In this document: positions 40,426 through 50,868 of the stretch, piece after piece
Position numbering within the stretch: the first letter of the stretch is position 1
Layout of the letters: every line of letters begins with the position of its first letter
DNA from: Cyanophyceae cyanobacterium
GTDB taxonomy: Bacteria > Cyanobacteriota > Cyanobacteriia > Cyanobacteriales > Laspinemataceae
DNA: 64,000 nucleotides
Reading direction: 5' to 3'
Assembly: GCA_038321985.1 (NCBI GenBank)
Contig: JBBQFN010000018.1
Location: 32,001-96,000, forward strand
Program-made: the position numbers and the translations under genes
The notes under the pieces: model-generated
The model's input: only the letters and a program-made list of their open reading frames with translations
Told to the model about the DNA's origin: nothing
Databases searched by the model: none

Positions 40426-41664
40426 TTGAAAGTAGATATCTACATTCTGGATATGCTGGCGATCGGCTTGTTACTGTTATCAGTAACCGTGTTTTCTGGC
40501 TGGATTAAACGATTGCCGCTTTCGTATGCCCTGATTTATTTAGTTGTGGGCATTTTTCTCGGTCCTTATGGTCTAGGATTGATTCTGGTCCGCCCCGAGG
40601 CGAATTTTTTGGAGCGTTTGACGGAATTAGTCGTGATTATTTCTTTGTTTAGTGGCGGACTTAAAATGAATCGTCCGCTCAAATTTTGGGCGTGGCAGAC
40701 AACCGCACGATTAATCGGATTTTTGATGCCGATTTCCATAGTGGCGCTCGCCCTGGTAGGGCGGTTTTTTTTAGGGTTTGATTGGGGTGCTGCAATTTTA
40801 CTCGGGGCCATTCTTGCCCCGACTGATCCGGTTTTAGCTTCCGAAGTTCAGCTTTCCCATATTGAAGATAAAGATGAGCTACGCTTTGGCTTAACATCCG
40901 AAGGGGGCTTAAATGATGCGTTTGCTTTTCCCTTTGTTTATTTTGGGTTATATCTTTTAAAAGATAGCAATTGGAACAACTGGATTCACAAGTGGGTGCT
41001 GGTTGATTTAGTTTGGGCGATCGCAGCAGGTATCGGCATGGGCATTGTTGTTGCCTTGACCATTGTTTGGGTAGAAGAACAATTAGATCGTGTTCGTCCT
41101 GTGGATGAACTCATGCAAGATTTTATTGCTTTCAGTACGATTTTAATGGCCTATTCCCTGACGGAAGTAATTAATGGGTATGGATTTGTGGCGGTGTTTG
41201 TAGCTGGAATGACTATTCGCAGAAGCTACAGCCGTAACTCAGAAAAAACCCGTTCTCAGCTCACCTTAACTGAGCGCGTGGAAAAACTTTTAGAAGTAGC
41301 CACTATTTTGTTACTGGGTTCTTTGCTGAGAGTAGAACCGAGTCTACGCTTTGCGGGAGAAGCGTTACTGGTGGCAGGACTTTTACTATTTATCATTCGT
41401 CCCTTGGGGACTTGGGTAAGCACTATTGGTGCAAATTTTCACCCGGCAAAGCGTTGGCTAATTGGGTGGTTCGGGATTCGGGGCGTTGGCTCTTTATATT
41501 ATCTTAGCTATGCAATGGGACAAGGTTTAGAAGGAGAAACCGCCGAAAAAATCGCTTGGATTGTTTTTCTGACTATCGTGATTTCTGCTATTTTGCATGG
41601 AATTACTGCTACTCCGTTGATGGATTGGTATCAGTTACGGTTGGAGAAAAAAAAGGTTACCTAA
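40426..41664 (+). CDS. Na+/H+ antiporter (NhaP/CPA1)
   Basis: LAPTDPVLA, SEGGLNDA and GWFGIRGVGS motifs. Confidence 0.92.
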   Translation: MKVDIYILDMLAIGLLLLSVTVFSGWIKRLPLSYALIYLVVGIFLGPYGLGLILVRPEANFLERLTELVVIISLFSGGLKMNRPLKFWAWQTTARLIGFLMPISIVALALVGRFFLGFDWGAAILLGAILAPTDPVLASEVQLSHIEDKDELRFGLTSEGGLNDAFAFPFVYFGLYLLKDSNWNNWIHKWVLVDLVWAIAAGIGMGIVVALTIVWVEEQLDRVRPVDELMQDFIAFSTILMAYSLTEVINGYGFVAVFVAGMTIRRSYSRNSEKTRSQLTLTERVEKLLEVATILLLGSLLRVEPSLRFAGEALLVAGLLLFIIRPLGTWVSTIGANFHPAKRWLIGWFGIRGVGSLYYLSYAMGQGLEGETAEKIAWIVFLTIVISAILHGITATPLMDWYQLRLEKKKVT

Positions 41665-41827
41665 CAAGGCGCTATCCGGTAGTTTATCTAATACCCCTCT
41701 CTTGGCTATTTTCTACGAGGAGAAAAACCTCATTCGGACGGGGTGCAGCTACCGGAACGTTAGGAAAACCAGGCTTTATTGGACTATAAGCTAACAGACG
41801 CGGGCTAAAGAGAACAGAATCTTTTTT

Positions 41828-41884
41828 TAGGAGTGGAAGCATCTTGCTTGGTAGGACCATACCGAGTAAGATGCTCCCACTCCT
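41828..41884. repeat. REP-like long hairpin
   Basis: AGGAGTGG.AGCATCTT.CTTGGTA...TACCGAG.AAGATGCT.CCACTCCT. Confidence 0.6.
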
Positions 41885-41964
41885 CATCGCTATCTGTACA
41901 CCATGAGTCCGGGAAACGCTTATAATAAGGGAAACATCTCTGAAGCGTTTCTGGAAGGGCTAGA

Positions 41965-42894
41965 ATGAGCCAATCACCGGATTTTATTCTCTACGCTCAA
42001 CATGGATGGGCGGATACCCATCACGAAATTGCCAAACTTGCCACGGCTTTAGGGACAACCAATAGCCAGATTATTACGCCCAATTTGGGTTGGATTCGGA
42101 CCTGGTTTCGCATTGAACCGTTAATTCAAACTGTCGAGACTGTGGTGGGAGAAACCCTGAACACTTATCCTAAGACACCGATGCGAATTATCGGGCATTC
42201 CATGGGGGGATTAATTTGGTTAGAAGTGCTGCATCGTCATCCGGAATGGCGATCGCAAATTCACTCCTTAGTGTTAATTGCTTCCCCGGTTGGCGGTGCG
42301 GATTTAGCCCGAATTTTTGATCCATTTGCCTGGGGAATTGGAATTGCCCGTGACTTGGGAATCAATCGTCGTAAAATGGCGGAATCTCTGGCTGAAATTA
42401 TCCCCACGCTAATGATTGCCGGGGATAGCGATAATGGCAGCGATAGTACGATTAGTATAGAATCAGCTAAGTTTAATCGCGCACAATTTGTCTGTTTGCC
42501 TGGATTATCTCATGCCGTCCTCAAAAATCATCCTCGTTTGATCCCAATTATTCGCGAGTTTTGGGAGAATCCGGCAGTCCCCCCTCTTCCCGAGGCGGAT
42601 TTAACCTATACCGTGATTCAACGCTTGCAAAGCATTCCCGCCATGACAGCAGCACATCGTCGGGATTTTGTCTATTCTAAACCCTGTCTGACTTTTAATA
42701 CCGGAATGAAGATTAGATGGTGGAAAAATCCCGTCCAAGTTGAACATATTTTTATCGAAAACTCTCACGGAATCTGTATCTTTGCCGGATTTGTGGGATG
42801 GAAACATACCCAGGATGTACACCAATGCCTTGCAAATATGGCTGAAGACTTTAAAGATTTATTAGTTGAAGAGGGGGTTTTTCTTCCTGATTAA
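41965..42894 (+). CDS. Alpha/beta hydrolase (lipase-like)
   Basis: QHGWAD, nucleophile elbow GHSMGG, IASP and GLSH. Confidence 0.85.
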   Translation: MSQSPDFILYAQHGWADTHHEIAKLATALGTTNSQIITPNLGWIRTWFRIEPLIQTVETVVGETLNTYPKTPMRIIGHSMGGLIWLEVLHRHPEWRSQIHSLVLIASPVGGADLARIFDPFAWGIGIARDLGINRRKMAESLAEIIPTLMIAGDSDNGSDSTISIESAKFNRAQFVCLPGLSHAVLKNHPRLIPIIREFWENPAVPPLPEADLTYTVIQRLQSIPAMTAAHRRDFVYSKPCLTFNTGMKIRWWKNPVQVEHIFIENSHGICIFAGFVGWKHTQDVHQCLANMAEDFKDLLVEEGVFLPD

Positions 42895-43690
42895 TGGCAA
42901 CCCATTTCAACCTAATTTTTGGCCTCAATCTTGCCACTTCAGGTCAAAAGTTGGCTAGCTCTCAGTTCGGGTGTTCGGGTTCGGCAAAAAAACTGATTCG
43001 GCTGGAAGAATAGTAGAGTCCGGTTCCGATCGCCAGTCCCACAATATAGCCTTGAGGCACTAAAAAGGCCATGAATGCCACAATCAAAGCAATCATTAAA
43101 CTTCGCTTACAAGATAATTAATCTTTAATAAAAGACAGTTTGGTATCCTATCATAAAATACTTTGCCCCCGTTATCTAAAGAAAATGAAATTTAATTGAG
43201 GGTAATTTTAAAAAAGGTAAGAAAAGCCTCGGAAATTTGAAAAAAGTTAGGTTCAATTTGAGGTATAATTTACTCCAAAATGATAGATGAGGACTCTAAA
43301 AAATGAACTCGCCGTTATCATCGAAAGGGTTTCTAAAATTGTTATTATGCCTGCTCATGGGGATGCTTTCTGATCCCTCCCTGTCGCCTAGCGCCTAAAC
43401 CCCGCCTTAAAATACGGAGGGATTCAAGGACCTCTTTAGAGTTGCCCAGTTTGGATAAGCCAGATGGGAATTAAAGGGACGAAAATCACTCGACGATATG
43501 AGGGTTAAGGCGAATTTGGGGGAAAACGGGCGGCGGCGATCGCCCGGGTAATATCAATTGAGATTGACAAAATCCTAAAAATTTGATAAAGATCGAGTTC
43601 TGTATTTAATCCCGGGCGATCTTTCTTCGTATAGATGCAAGACCTAGAAAAAAATGCTGCAATGAGGGTATTGTTACGGATGATAGACTA

Positions 43691-44797
43691 ATGAGCCAAC
43701 GAGTTTTGATTATTGGCGGACGGGGACGCATCGGCAGCAGCATTGCCCAAGATTTGATCGCCCATACCGATGCGGAAATTACAGTAACGGGACGGGACAC
43801 GACATCAAGAAAGTCATTGAATCAGACCCTTGGCGATCGCGTGCAGTTCCAGGCGGTACATTTGGATGATCACGACGGATTGTCTAAGGCGATCGCCGAA
43901 GCGGATCTTGTGGTTCATAGTGCCGGACCCTTCCATCACCGAGATGGGCGGGTACTCCAACTTTGCATTAAGCACGGTGTCAACTATACCGATGTTAGCG
44001 ATAGCCGGGGATTCACCCAAAGGGCGCTAGCGTTACAGGAATCAGCCGAAAAAGCCGGAGTAACTGCTATCATTAATACAGGTATTTTCCCTGGGATTTC
44101 TAATAGTATGGTTCGTCAAGGTGTGGAAAAATTCGACCAGGCAGAACGAATCCATTTAAGCTATGTTGTCGGGGGGTCGGGCGGTGCTGGAGTCACTGTG
44201 ATGCGAACGACTTTTTTAGGATTACAAAACCCTTTTGATGTCTGGATTGACGGTCAATGGCAGAAAGTAAAACCTTACACGGATCGCGAAACCATCGAAT
44301 TTCCTCAACCCTACGGCAAAGTCGGGGTTTACTGGTTTGATATGCCAGAAGCCTTTACTCTACCTGACTCTTTCCCGGTAAAAACAGCCATTACAAAATT
44401 TGGTACTTCCCCGGACCTTTACAATCATTTAACTTGGATGGTTGCCAATTTGTGGCCGTCAGCAGCCCTCAAAAATTCTGCGGTGGTGGAGTTTTTATCT
44501 CAAGTGAGCTACCGGATGACTGGGGTCACGGACCGCTTTAGCGGCACGGGAGTAGCGGTGCGATCGCAAGTCAACGGAACGAAGGCTGATGGACAACCCG
44601 CCACGTTTTGCAGTGCGGTAGTTCATAACAGCGCTGCCGTTGCCACTGGCATCGGAACAGGAACGATCGCGGAACTGCTGTTGAATGGAAAGCTCACAAA
44701 ACCTGGCGTATGGCCCGTAGAACAAGCATTACCAACTTCGTTGTTTGAATCAATCATCGCGAGTCGGGGAATCCAGATTTCTCATCAATGGCTGTAA
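43691..44797 (+). CDS. Saccharopine dehydrogenase-like NAD(P) oxidoreductase
   Basis: IIGGRGRIG, HSAGPF, YTDVSD and TGIFPGISN motifs. Confidence 0.85.
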   Translation: MSQRVLIIGGRGRIGSSIAQDLIAHTDAEITVTGRDTTSRKSLNQTLGDRVQFQAVHLDDHDGLSKAIAEADLVVHSAGPFHHRDGRVLQLCIKHGVNYTDVSDSRGFTQRALALQESAEKAGVTAIINTGIFPGISNSMVRQGVEKFDQAERIHLSYVVGGSGGAGVTVMRTTFLGLQNPFDVWIDGQWQKVKPYTDRETIEFPQPYGKVGVYWFDMPEAFTLPDSFPVKTAITKFGTSPDLYNHLTWMVANLWPSAALKNSAVVEFLSQVSYRMTGVTDRFSGTGVAVRSQVNGTKADGQPATFCSAVVHNSAAVATGIGTGTIAELLLNGKLTKPGVWPVEQALPTSLFESIIASRGIQISHQWL

Positions 44798-44829
44798 GCT
44801 ATTTATTATATATTTAGACCGGATTAACC

Positions 44830-46332
44830 ATGCACAACTGTCTGAATTACATAGATCGCCACTGGTTACCCCCCGCCTCCGGGGAAACGATGGAAAGTCG
44901 CAATCCGGCTCACTGGCGCGAATTGGTTGCCAGCTTTCCGCGATCGCGCGATATTGATATAGAAATGGCCGTGACTGCCGCCCGCCATGCCTATCGCACT
45001 TGGCGACGAGTTCCGGCACCGGAACGGGCGACATTTTTGTATCGTACCGGAGAATTATTGCGCGATCACAAAGCCGAACTCGCTCACTTAATGAGCCAGG
45101 AAATGGGTAAACCCCTAAGTGAAGCGAATGGGGATGTCCAAGAAGGTATCGATTGCGCCTTTTATTATGCTGGAGAAGGTCGCCGGTTGTTCGGACAAAC
45201 GACCACTTCAGAAATGGATAATAAATTCGCGATGACGGTGAGAATGCCCATCGGCGTGTGCGGTTTGATCACACCTTGGAATTTTCCCGTCGCGATTCCC
45301 TGCTGGAAAGCCATGCCTGCTTTAGTTTGTGGAAACACGGTTGTCTTTAAACCCTCCGAAGAGACTCCGGCGGTGAGTAGCTACCTCATCCAAATTTTTC
45401 ACGATGCCGGATTTCCAGCCGGTGTGGTTAACATGGTGCATGGGTTGGGAGAGGAAGCGGGAAAAGCATTAGTAGAACATCCCGATGTTAATTTAATTTC
45501 ATTGACCGGATCCTCACAAACCGGCGCTGAAGTGGGGGCAATCTGCGCCAAACATCATAAACGGGTTTGTTTGGAAATGGGGGGCAAAAATGCCCAGGTG
45601 GTGATGGAGGATGCGGATTTAGAATTAGCCCTGGAAGGCGCAGTATGGGGGGCTTTTGGCACAAGCGGGCAACGGTGTACGGCCACCAGTCGGCTGCTGC
45701 TGCATCAGGATATTAAGGATAAGTTTACAAAAATGCTGCTCGATCGCACTCGGAAACTCCGTTTGGGTCCTGGAACTGACCCGAATACAGAAGTCGGACC
45801 GATTGTAAATGGCGTGCAACTCAATAATATCGAGGGACATCTAGAGGTGGCACGGCAGGAAGGAGCAAAGATTTTACTCGGGGGAAATCGCACAACCTCG
45901 GGAAATCTCACTGGGGGATTCTTCTTTGAACCCACAATCCTCGAGGGGGTATTGCCGCATATGCGAATCGCCCGGGAAGAGATTTTTGGGCCAGTGCTGG
46001 CGCTGATTGAAATATCTTCATTTGAGGAGGCGATCGCCATTCTCAATGATACAACTTACGGTTTATCCTCCTCGGTTTATACTCGTGATGTAAATCGAGC
46101 GTTTCAAGCGATGCGCGATATTGAAGCCGGAATTACTTATATTAACGGTCCGACTATTGGTGCGGAGGTGCATTTACCCTTTGGCGGCGTTAAGAAAACT
46201 GGCAACGGACATCGTGAGGCAGGGTCGGCAGCCCTAGATGTGTTTACGGAATGGAAAACGGTGTATGTAGACTTTTCCGGACGCTTGCAACGGGCGCAAA
46301 TCGACAATCATGACTCTTTCTCCTTGACCTAA
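44830..46332 (+). CDS. Aldehyde dehydrogenase
   Basis: ITPWNFP, FKPSE, LEMGGKN, GQRCTA, EEIFGP and PFGG motifs. Confidence 0.95.
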   Translation: MHNCLNYIDRHWLPPASGETMESRNPAHWRELVASFPRSRDIDIEMAVTAARHAYRTWRRVPAPERATFLYRTGELLRDHKAELAHLMSQEMGKPLSEANGDVQEGIDCAFYYAGEGRRLFGQTTTSEMDNKFAMTVRMPIGVCGLITPWNFPVAIPCWKAMPALVCGNTVVFKPSEETPAVSSYLIQIFHDAGFPAGVVNMVHGLGEEAGKALVEHPDVNLISLTGSSQTGAEVGAICAKHHKRVCLEMGGKNAQVVMEDADLELALEGAVWGAFGTSGQRCTATSRLLLHQDIKDKFTKMLLDRTRKLRLGPGTDPNTEVGPIVNGVQLNNIEGHLEVARQEGAKILLGGNRTTSGNLTGGFFFEPTILEGVLPHMRIAREEIFGPVLALIEISSFEEAIAILNDTTYGLSSSVYTRDVNRAFQAMRDIEAGITYINGPTIGAEVHLPFGGVKKTGNGHREAGSAALDVFTEWKTVYVDFSGRLQRAQIDNHDSFSLT

Positions 46333-46842
46333 GCTGCGACCCGGGGCGGGGGTTTCATCTCTCCGCCTTGGTGTGGGTAGGGCTGAATTTATGTTAAGTA
46401 TAAATATTCTGAAATTAGTTTATTTTAAAAAATGTAGAGGCTTTTAATTATACTTTTTCCAGAAACTGCACCGACTGCCCCTATAAAATTTCACGCAATA
46501 TACCCGAATTAACGACAGCACAAACCCTACAAGGGTTCGCGACTGCCCGGGGCATATCAAAAGTATATATCCCCTCCCTAGGCTGGGAGATTCACGGCAG
46601 GAAGGTGCATTGTTAGACAGTTGAGTATCTACCTGCGCCGCCTAGAACTGCCGTGAGAATTACTCCGGGGAAAACTATCCGAGGCGATCGCGTTGAGCCG
46701 GTACTTCTTCGGGGTAACTTCTGGTAATCCCCTACTCAAAATCCCCACCCGCCCCGAGTTAGCCCACAAATGCGGTATGATTGCTTTGGGGCTAAGTCCC
46801 TATTGTACCTCAAGTTTTGAATTAAAATCTGTAGGAGTAACT

Positions 46843-47424
46843 ATGTCTAACCCACCGAAAATTCTAGCCTTTGCCGGAAGCGCTCGCGAAGGTTCATATA
46901 ACAAAAAGCTAGCCCAAATTGCGGCGAATGGAGCTAGAAAAGCCGGTGCAGAAGTCACTTATATTGACTTGCGAAATTTCCCGATTCCCCTGTTTGATCA
47001 AGATTTAGAAGCAGCAGAGGGAAAGCCACCCTACGCACGAGAATTAAAAAATCTATTCTTGGCTCACCAAGGATTGTTGATTGCCTCCCCCGAGTATAAC
47101 AGCACCCTTAGTCCCCTGCTTAAAAATGCGATCGACTGGGTATCCCGTCCCGATCCAGGGGAACCGATGTTGGCTGCTTTTTCGGGGAAAGTCGCCGGAA
47201 TTATGAGTGCCTCCCCCGGTGCTTTAGGGGGATTACGGGGTCTGTTTCCACTGCGAGAAATGCTGTCAAATATTAGTGTTATTGTTCTGCCGGATCAAAA
47301 GGCAATTTCCCAAGCATCTGACGCCTTTACTGAATCAGGAATGTTAAAAGACCCGAAACAGCAAGAGGGCGTCGAAAATATCGGGGCAAAAGTGGCGCAA
47401 ATGTTGGCAAAATTGAACGCCTAA
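46843..47424 (+). CDS. NADPH-dependent FMN reductase
   Basis: ILAFAGSAREGSYN, ASPEYN, LKNAIDWVSR; ATG at 46843 follows AGGAG. Confidence 0.92.
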   Translation: MSNPPKILAFAGSAREGSYNKKLAQIAANGARKAGAEVTYIDLRNFPIPLFDQDLEAAEGKPPYARELKNLFLAHQGLLIASPEYNSTLSPLLKNAIDWVSRPDPGEPMLAAFSGKVAGIMSASPGALGGLRGLFPLREMLSNISVIVLPDQKAISQASDAFTESGMLKDPKQQEGVENIGAKVAQMLAKLNA

Positions 47425-47446
47425 TTTAAGGGATCGAGAATCCGGT

Positions 47447-50400
47447 TTAGAGATTTGAGGCTAACTGAGCCAAAACCTTCGCTAATTGGACCGGTTCCAC
47501 GGGTTTGGGGAGGTGTTTTTGAAAGCCGGAAAGGAGGGCTTGGGCGCGGTCCTCCTCTCCGGCAAAAGCGGTGAGGGCGATCGCCGGAATACAGCTATTG
47601 CCATCCGCTTCACGCTGGCGGATTTGCTGAATCAAGTGATATCCATTTTCTCCTGGCATTCCAATGTCGCTGACTAAGATATTGAATTTAATGTGGTCCA
47701 TCAGGGCGATCGCTGCGGCAACCGAAGTCACGACTCGAACCCGGACGCCGTAATCCGTCAGCATCGCTTTCATTAAATCCCCCGTATCCGGGTCGTCATC
47801 TACGACTAACACCTGCAACCCGTCTAGGGCCCACAGTTCGTTAGACAATCCGTCCTCGTTGGAGTTAGAAGTCTCGGCTGCCTGATCTAGGGGAGAGTTA
47901 GGCAGGACTGGCAACTGGACCATCAATGTGGCCCCTTGGCCTTCGCCTTCACTCAATGCCTGGACCTGGCCGCCGTGGAGTTCTACCAAGTTACGGACAA
48001 TGGTTAATCCCAAACCTAATCCGCCATAAGCGCGAGTCGTAGAACTATCCGCTTGGCGGAAACCCTCAAAAATCTGAGGCAGAAACTCTGGAGTGATGCC
48101 AATCCCCGTATCCTGAACTTGCAGGGTAATATAAGAATCAGTTTGGGAGATCGCCACCCTGACCTCTCCCCCAGATGGGGTAAACTTCACCGCATTAGAC
48201 AACAAATTCCCGGCGACTTGCTGCAAGCGATCGCTATCCCCAGAGACCAAAGGGATGGACGGATCGAACTTGAAATCAATATTAATGCCTTTAGATTTAG
48301 CTGTGGGAAGCACCGTTTCTAAGGCCCCTTCAACAATAGGAATTAAATTCACCGGACGCAGTTGTAAGCGAATTTTGCCGCGTATAATCCGCGAAACATC
48401 CAGGATATCGTCGATTAAACTCACCTGTTGCTTGGCATTGCGCTCGATGGTTTCCAATGCTTTCGTCATGGTGGGTTCATTCAGCTTGCGGGTGCGCAGC
48501 AACTGGGTCCAACCTAGAATCGAATTGAGAGGAGTCCGCAGTTCATGGGACACAATCGATAAAAACTCATCCTTGATTTGATTCGCCCGGGCTAATTCTT
48601 CCGACTGTTGCTGTTGCAGGATGAGGGCGGCTTGCAGTTCTCGCTTGTTTAAAGTCAGTTGCGAGGCGAGGACTTCTACATCAGAACTTTGACTTTCTAA
48701 CTCCTGCTGTAATAAATCTCGTACCCGTTTCAGGGAGACTGCATTGCCAACCCGCGCCCGCAATTCTTCCACAGAAAAGGGTTTCATCAAATAATCTTGT
48801 ACCCCTTCTCGTAATAACTGTACCCGCAATTCATCATCATCTTTTGCGGTGAGCATGATAATTGCCACATTGGCAAACTCCGGGTTGCTTCGCAATAAAG
48901 ACACGAGGCGATCGCCACAAATTTCCGGCATCATCACATCACTCAGGATTAAATCCGGATGCAGCCTGAGTGCTTGTTCTAACCCTTGCTCACCATTAAA
49001 TGCTGTGGCAATTTGATAGTCCCGTGCTAGGATATCGCACACGAAGCGATTCATTTCTGGGTTATCTTCCACAACCAAAACCAGGGGTCGGAGGTCATCC
49101 GGGAGGAGCAACGGTGGTGTTGTCTGGACTCCAAGACTCAGTTCAGCGATCGCCGCTTGAGCCAGGTCCTCCCAGACGGAAGATTCTGAAACCGTCCCGG
49201 TGAAGGCGGGCGGCACCTCTACGGGCAGTTCTACGGTAAAAAGCGCCCCGCCTAGGGGAGCTTCAGAGACTGTAATGGTCCCTTGATGAAGTTCTACAAA
49301 TTCCTTAACAATCGCCAATCCCAATCCCGTACCCCCAAAGCGACGGGTACTACCCCCTTCAATTTGGCTGAAGCGCTCAAAAATGGTTTCACGCAGTTCA
49401 GGGGGGATGCCAGGACCGCTATCTTGAACCGCGATCGCCACCGAATTCTTCTGGGCCTCCCCAAGAGACAGGGAACAGTAAATTTTGCCCCCAGCCGGTG
49501 TGAATTTAAAAGCATTGGACAGTAAATTTAAAATCACCCGCTCGATTTTTGGGCGGTCCAATTGTGCAGTGAAGGACTCGGGAGTTTCAACGGTAAAGAT
49601 AATCTCTCGTTCGGCAGCTAGAGCATCAAAGTTTCCGGCCATCTGGCGGAGCAGACTCGCTAAGTCCAGAGGGACTGCTGCCAGTTCCATTTTGCCTGCT
49701 TCTAACTTAGAGATATCAAGCATATCGTTGACCTGTTTGAGAAGCATTCGAGAATTCCTCTCAATTACCAGCAAGTCCTGGCGTTGTTCCTCCGGAAGTT
49801 GGGGATCGCTGATCAACTTCTGAGTTGGGCCTAAAATCAGGGCTAGAGGCGTTCGCAATTCGTGGCTAACGTTGGCAAAAAATTGGCTTTTGAGTTCATC
49901 GAGTTGCTTAAGTTGACGATAGAGTGTTTGTAACTCTTGGTTAGCGCTTTCCAGGTTCAAGCGGCGTTCTTCAGAAACTTGGGCGGATTTCAATAATTCC
50001 AAGGCTTTGGGAATTAATGGCGGTAAAGAAATTGCCGTGGTAACTGAGGCGACGGCGGTAATTAATTTCATGCTTCCTGACAACCAATAGGTTGGATTCC
50101 ACAAGGTCCATACGGCCAGGAAATGGGTCATTCCACAAGCAATGATAAAGGCACCAAATGCCAAAAACATCCAATGGAAGGGAATATTTTGCCGTGCTTT
50201 ATAAACAAAATAGGCAAGGCTACTAGAAATGGCTACATAAGCTACCCCGATTAGGGTATCAGAGGCCAAATGTAACCACACCAAAGAGGGTTTCCACAGA
50301 TAACAATGCCCATGAGGCATAAATCCGTCTATCACTAACAGATTCTTTAGCAGATCCGGCCAGAGCAGGAGGGTGGACAAGGCGACTGCTGCGAAGATAC

Positions 50401-50515
50401 CACTCCTCAGTAGGTTTTTCCGGGGCGGGGGGATGTTGGTTTTTAGAGGATTTTTTAAAGATTCGATTTCATCGGTTTGATTGAGAACGGCAAAATTAAA
50501 GTTAGACTGTTTCAT
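47447..50515 (-). CDS. Hybrid histidine kinase with an ETR1-like ethylene-binding membrane domain and two HisKA-HATPase-REC modules
   Basis: SDTLIGVAY and FGAFIIACGMTH; two SHELRTPL boxes, two NAxKFT/G-box sets and two REC domains. Confidence 0.9.
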   Translation of the reverse strand: MKQSNFNFAVLNQTDEIESLKNPLKTNIPPPRKNLLRSGIFAAVALSTLLLWPDLLKNLLVIDGFMPHGHCYLWKPSLVWLHLASDTLIGVAYVAISSSLAYFVYKARQNIPFHWMFLAFGAFIIACGMTHFLAVWTLWNPTYWLSGSMKLITAVASVTTAISLPPLIPKALELLKSAQVSEERRLNLESANQELQTLYRQLKQLDELKSQFFANVSHELRTPLALILGPTQKLISDPQLPEEQRQDLLVIERNSRMLLKQVNDMLDISKLEAGKMELAAVPLDLASLLRQMAGNFDALAAEREIIFTVETPESFTAQLDRPKIERVILNLLSNAFKFTPAGGKIYCSLSLGEAQKNSVAIAVQDSGPGIPPELRETIFERFSQIEGGSTRRFGGTGLGLAIVKEFVELHQGTITVSEAPLGGALFTVELPVEVPPAFTGTVSESSVWEDLAQAAIAELSLGVQTTPPLLLPDDLRPLVLVVEDNPEMNRFVCDILARDYQIATAFNGEQGLEQALRLHPDLILSDVMMPEICGDRLVSLLRSNPEFANVAIIMLTAKDDDELRVQLLREGVQDYLMKPFSVEELRARVGNAVSLKRVRDLLQQELESQSSDVEVLASQLTLNKRELQAALILQQQQSEELARANQIKDEFLSIVSHELRTPLNSILGWTQLLRTRKLNEPTMTKALETIERNAKQQVSLIDDILDVSRIIRGKIRLQLRPVNLIPIVEGALETVLPTAKSKGINIDFKFDPSIPLVSGDSDRLQQVAGNLLSNAVKFTPSGGEVRVAISQTDSYITLQVQDTGIGITPEFLPQIFEGFRQADSSTTRAYGGLGLGLTIVRNLVELHGGQVQALSEGEGQGATLMVQLPVLPNSPLDQAAETSNSNEDGLSNELWALDGLQVLVVDDDPDTGDLMKAMLTDYGVRVRVVTSVAAAIALMDHIKFNILVSDIGMPGENGYHLIQQIRQREADGNSCIPAIALTAFAGEEDRAQALLSGFQKHLPKPVEPVQLAKVLAQLASNL

Positions 50516-50868
50516 CTCATTTCATCCATGAAATTTATGAATTTTAAAGGACTTTTGAGGCCGTTTTATTTTCTAAATCCATAACGGAGGGGAAAACTCG
50601 AATCATCCTCAAGTAGGCCACTGGAATCAAGGGGTCTTAATTCTGACTCCTACCCAATCCGGCGTTAAAAAGTCTGATGTAAAAACTAGGCTGGGTCAGG
50701 GGCTTTGACCCCCAAAGCCGGATTTGAGCGGGGATCAGGTTTCTTAGACCTAAGCCAGATCCTAGAGTTTGGGCGATCGCCTTTCGCAAAACTTTGATCC
50801 CCCTCTTTCAATTTTAGCGTTGAAATAGGCAGAACTTCCAGGATCAAGCCTGGATGGGAATTTCCAGA

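Noticed and set aside
46693..46842. N-terminal extension of the FMN reductase in the ORF track
   Set aside because: A clear AGGAG RBS precedes the ATG at 46843, where family similarity begins.
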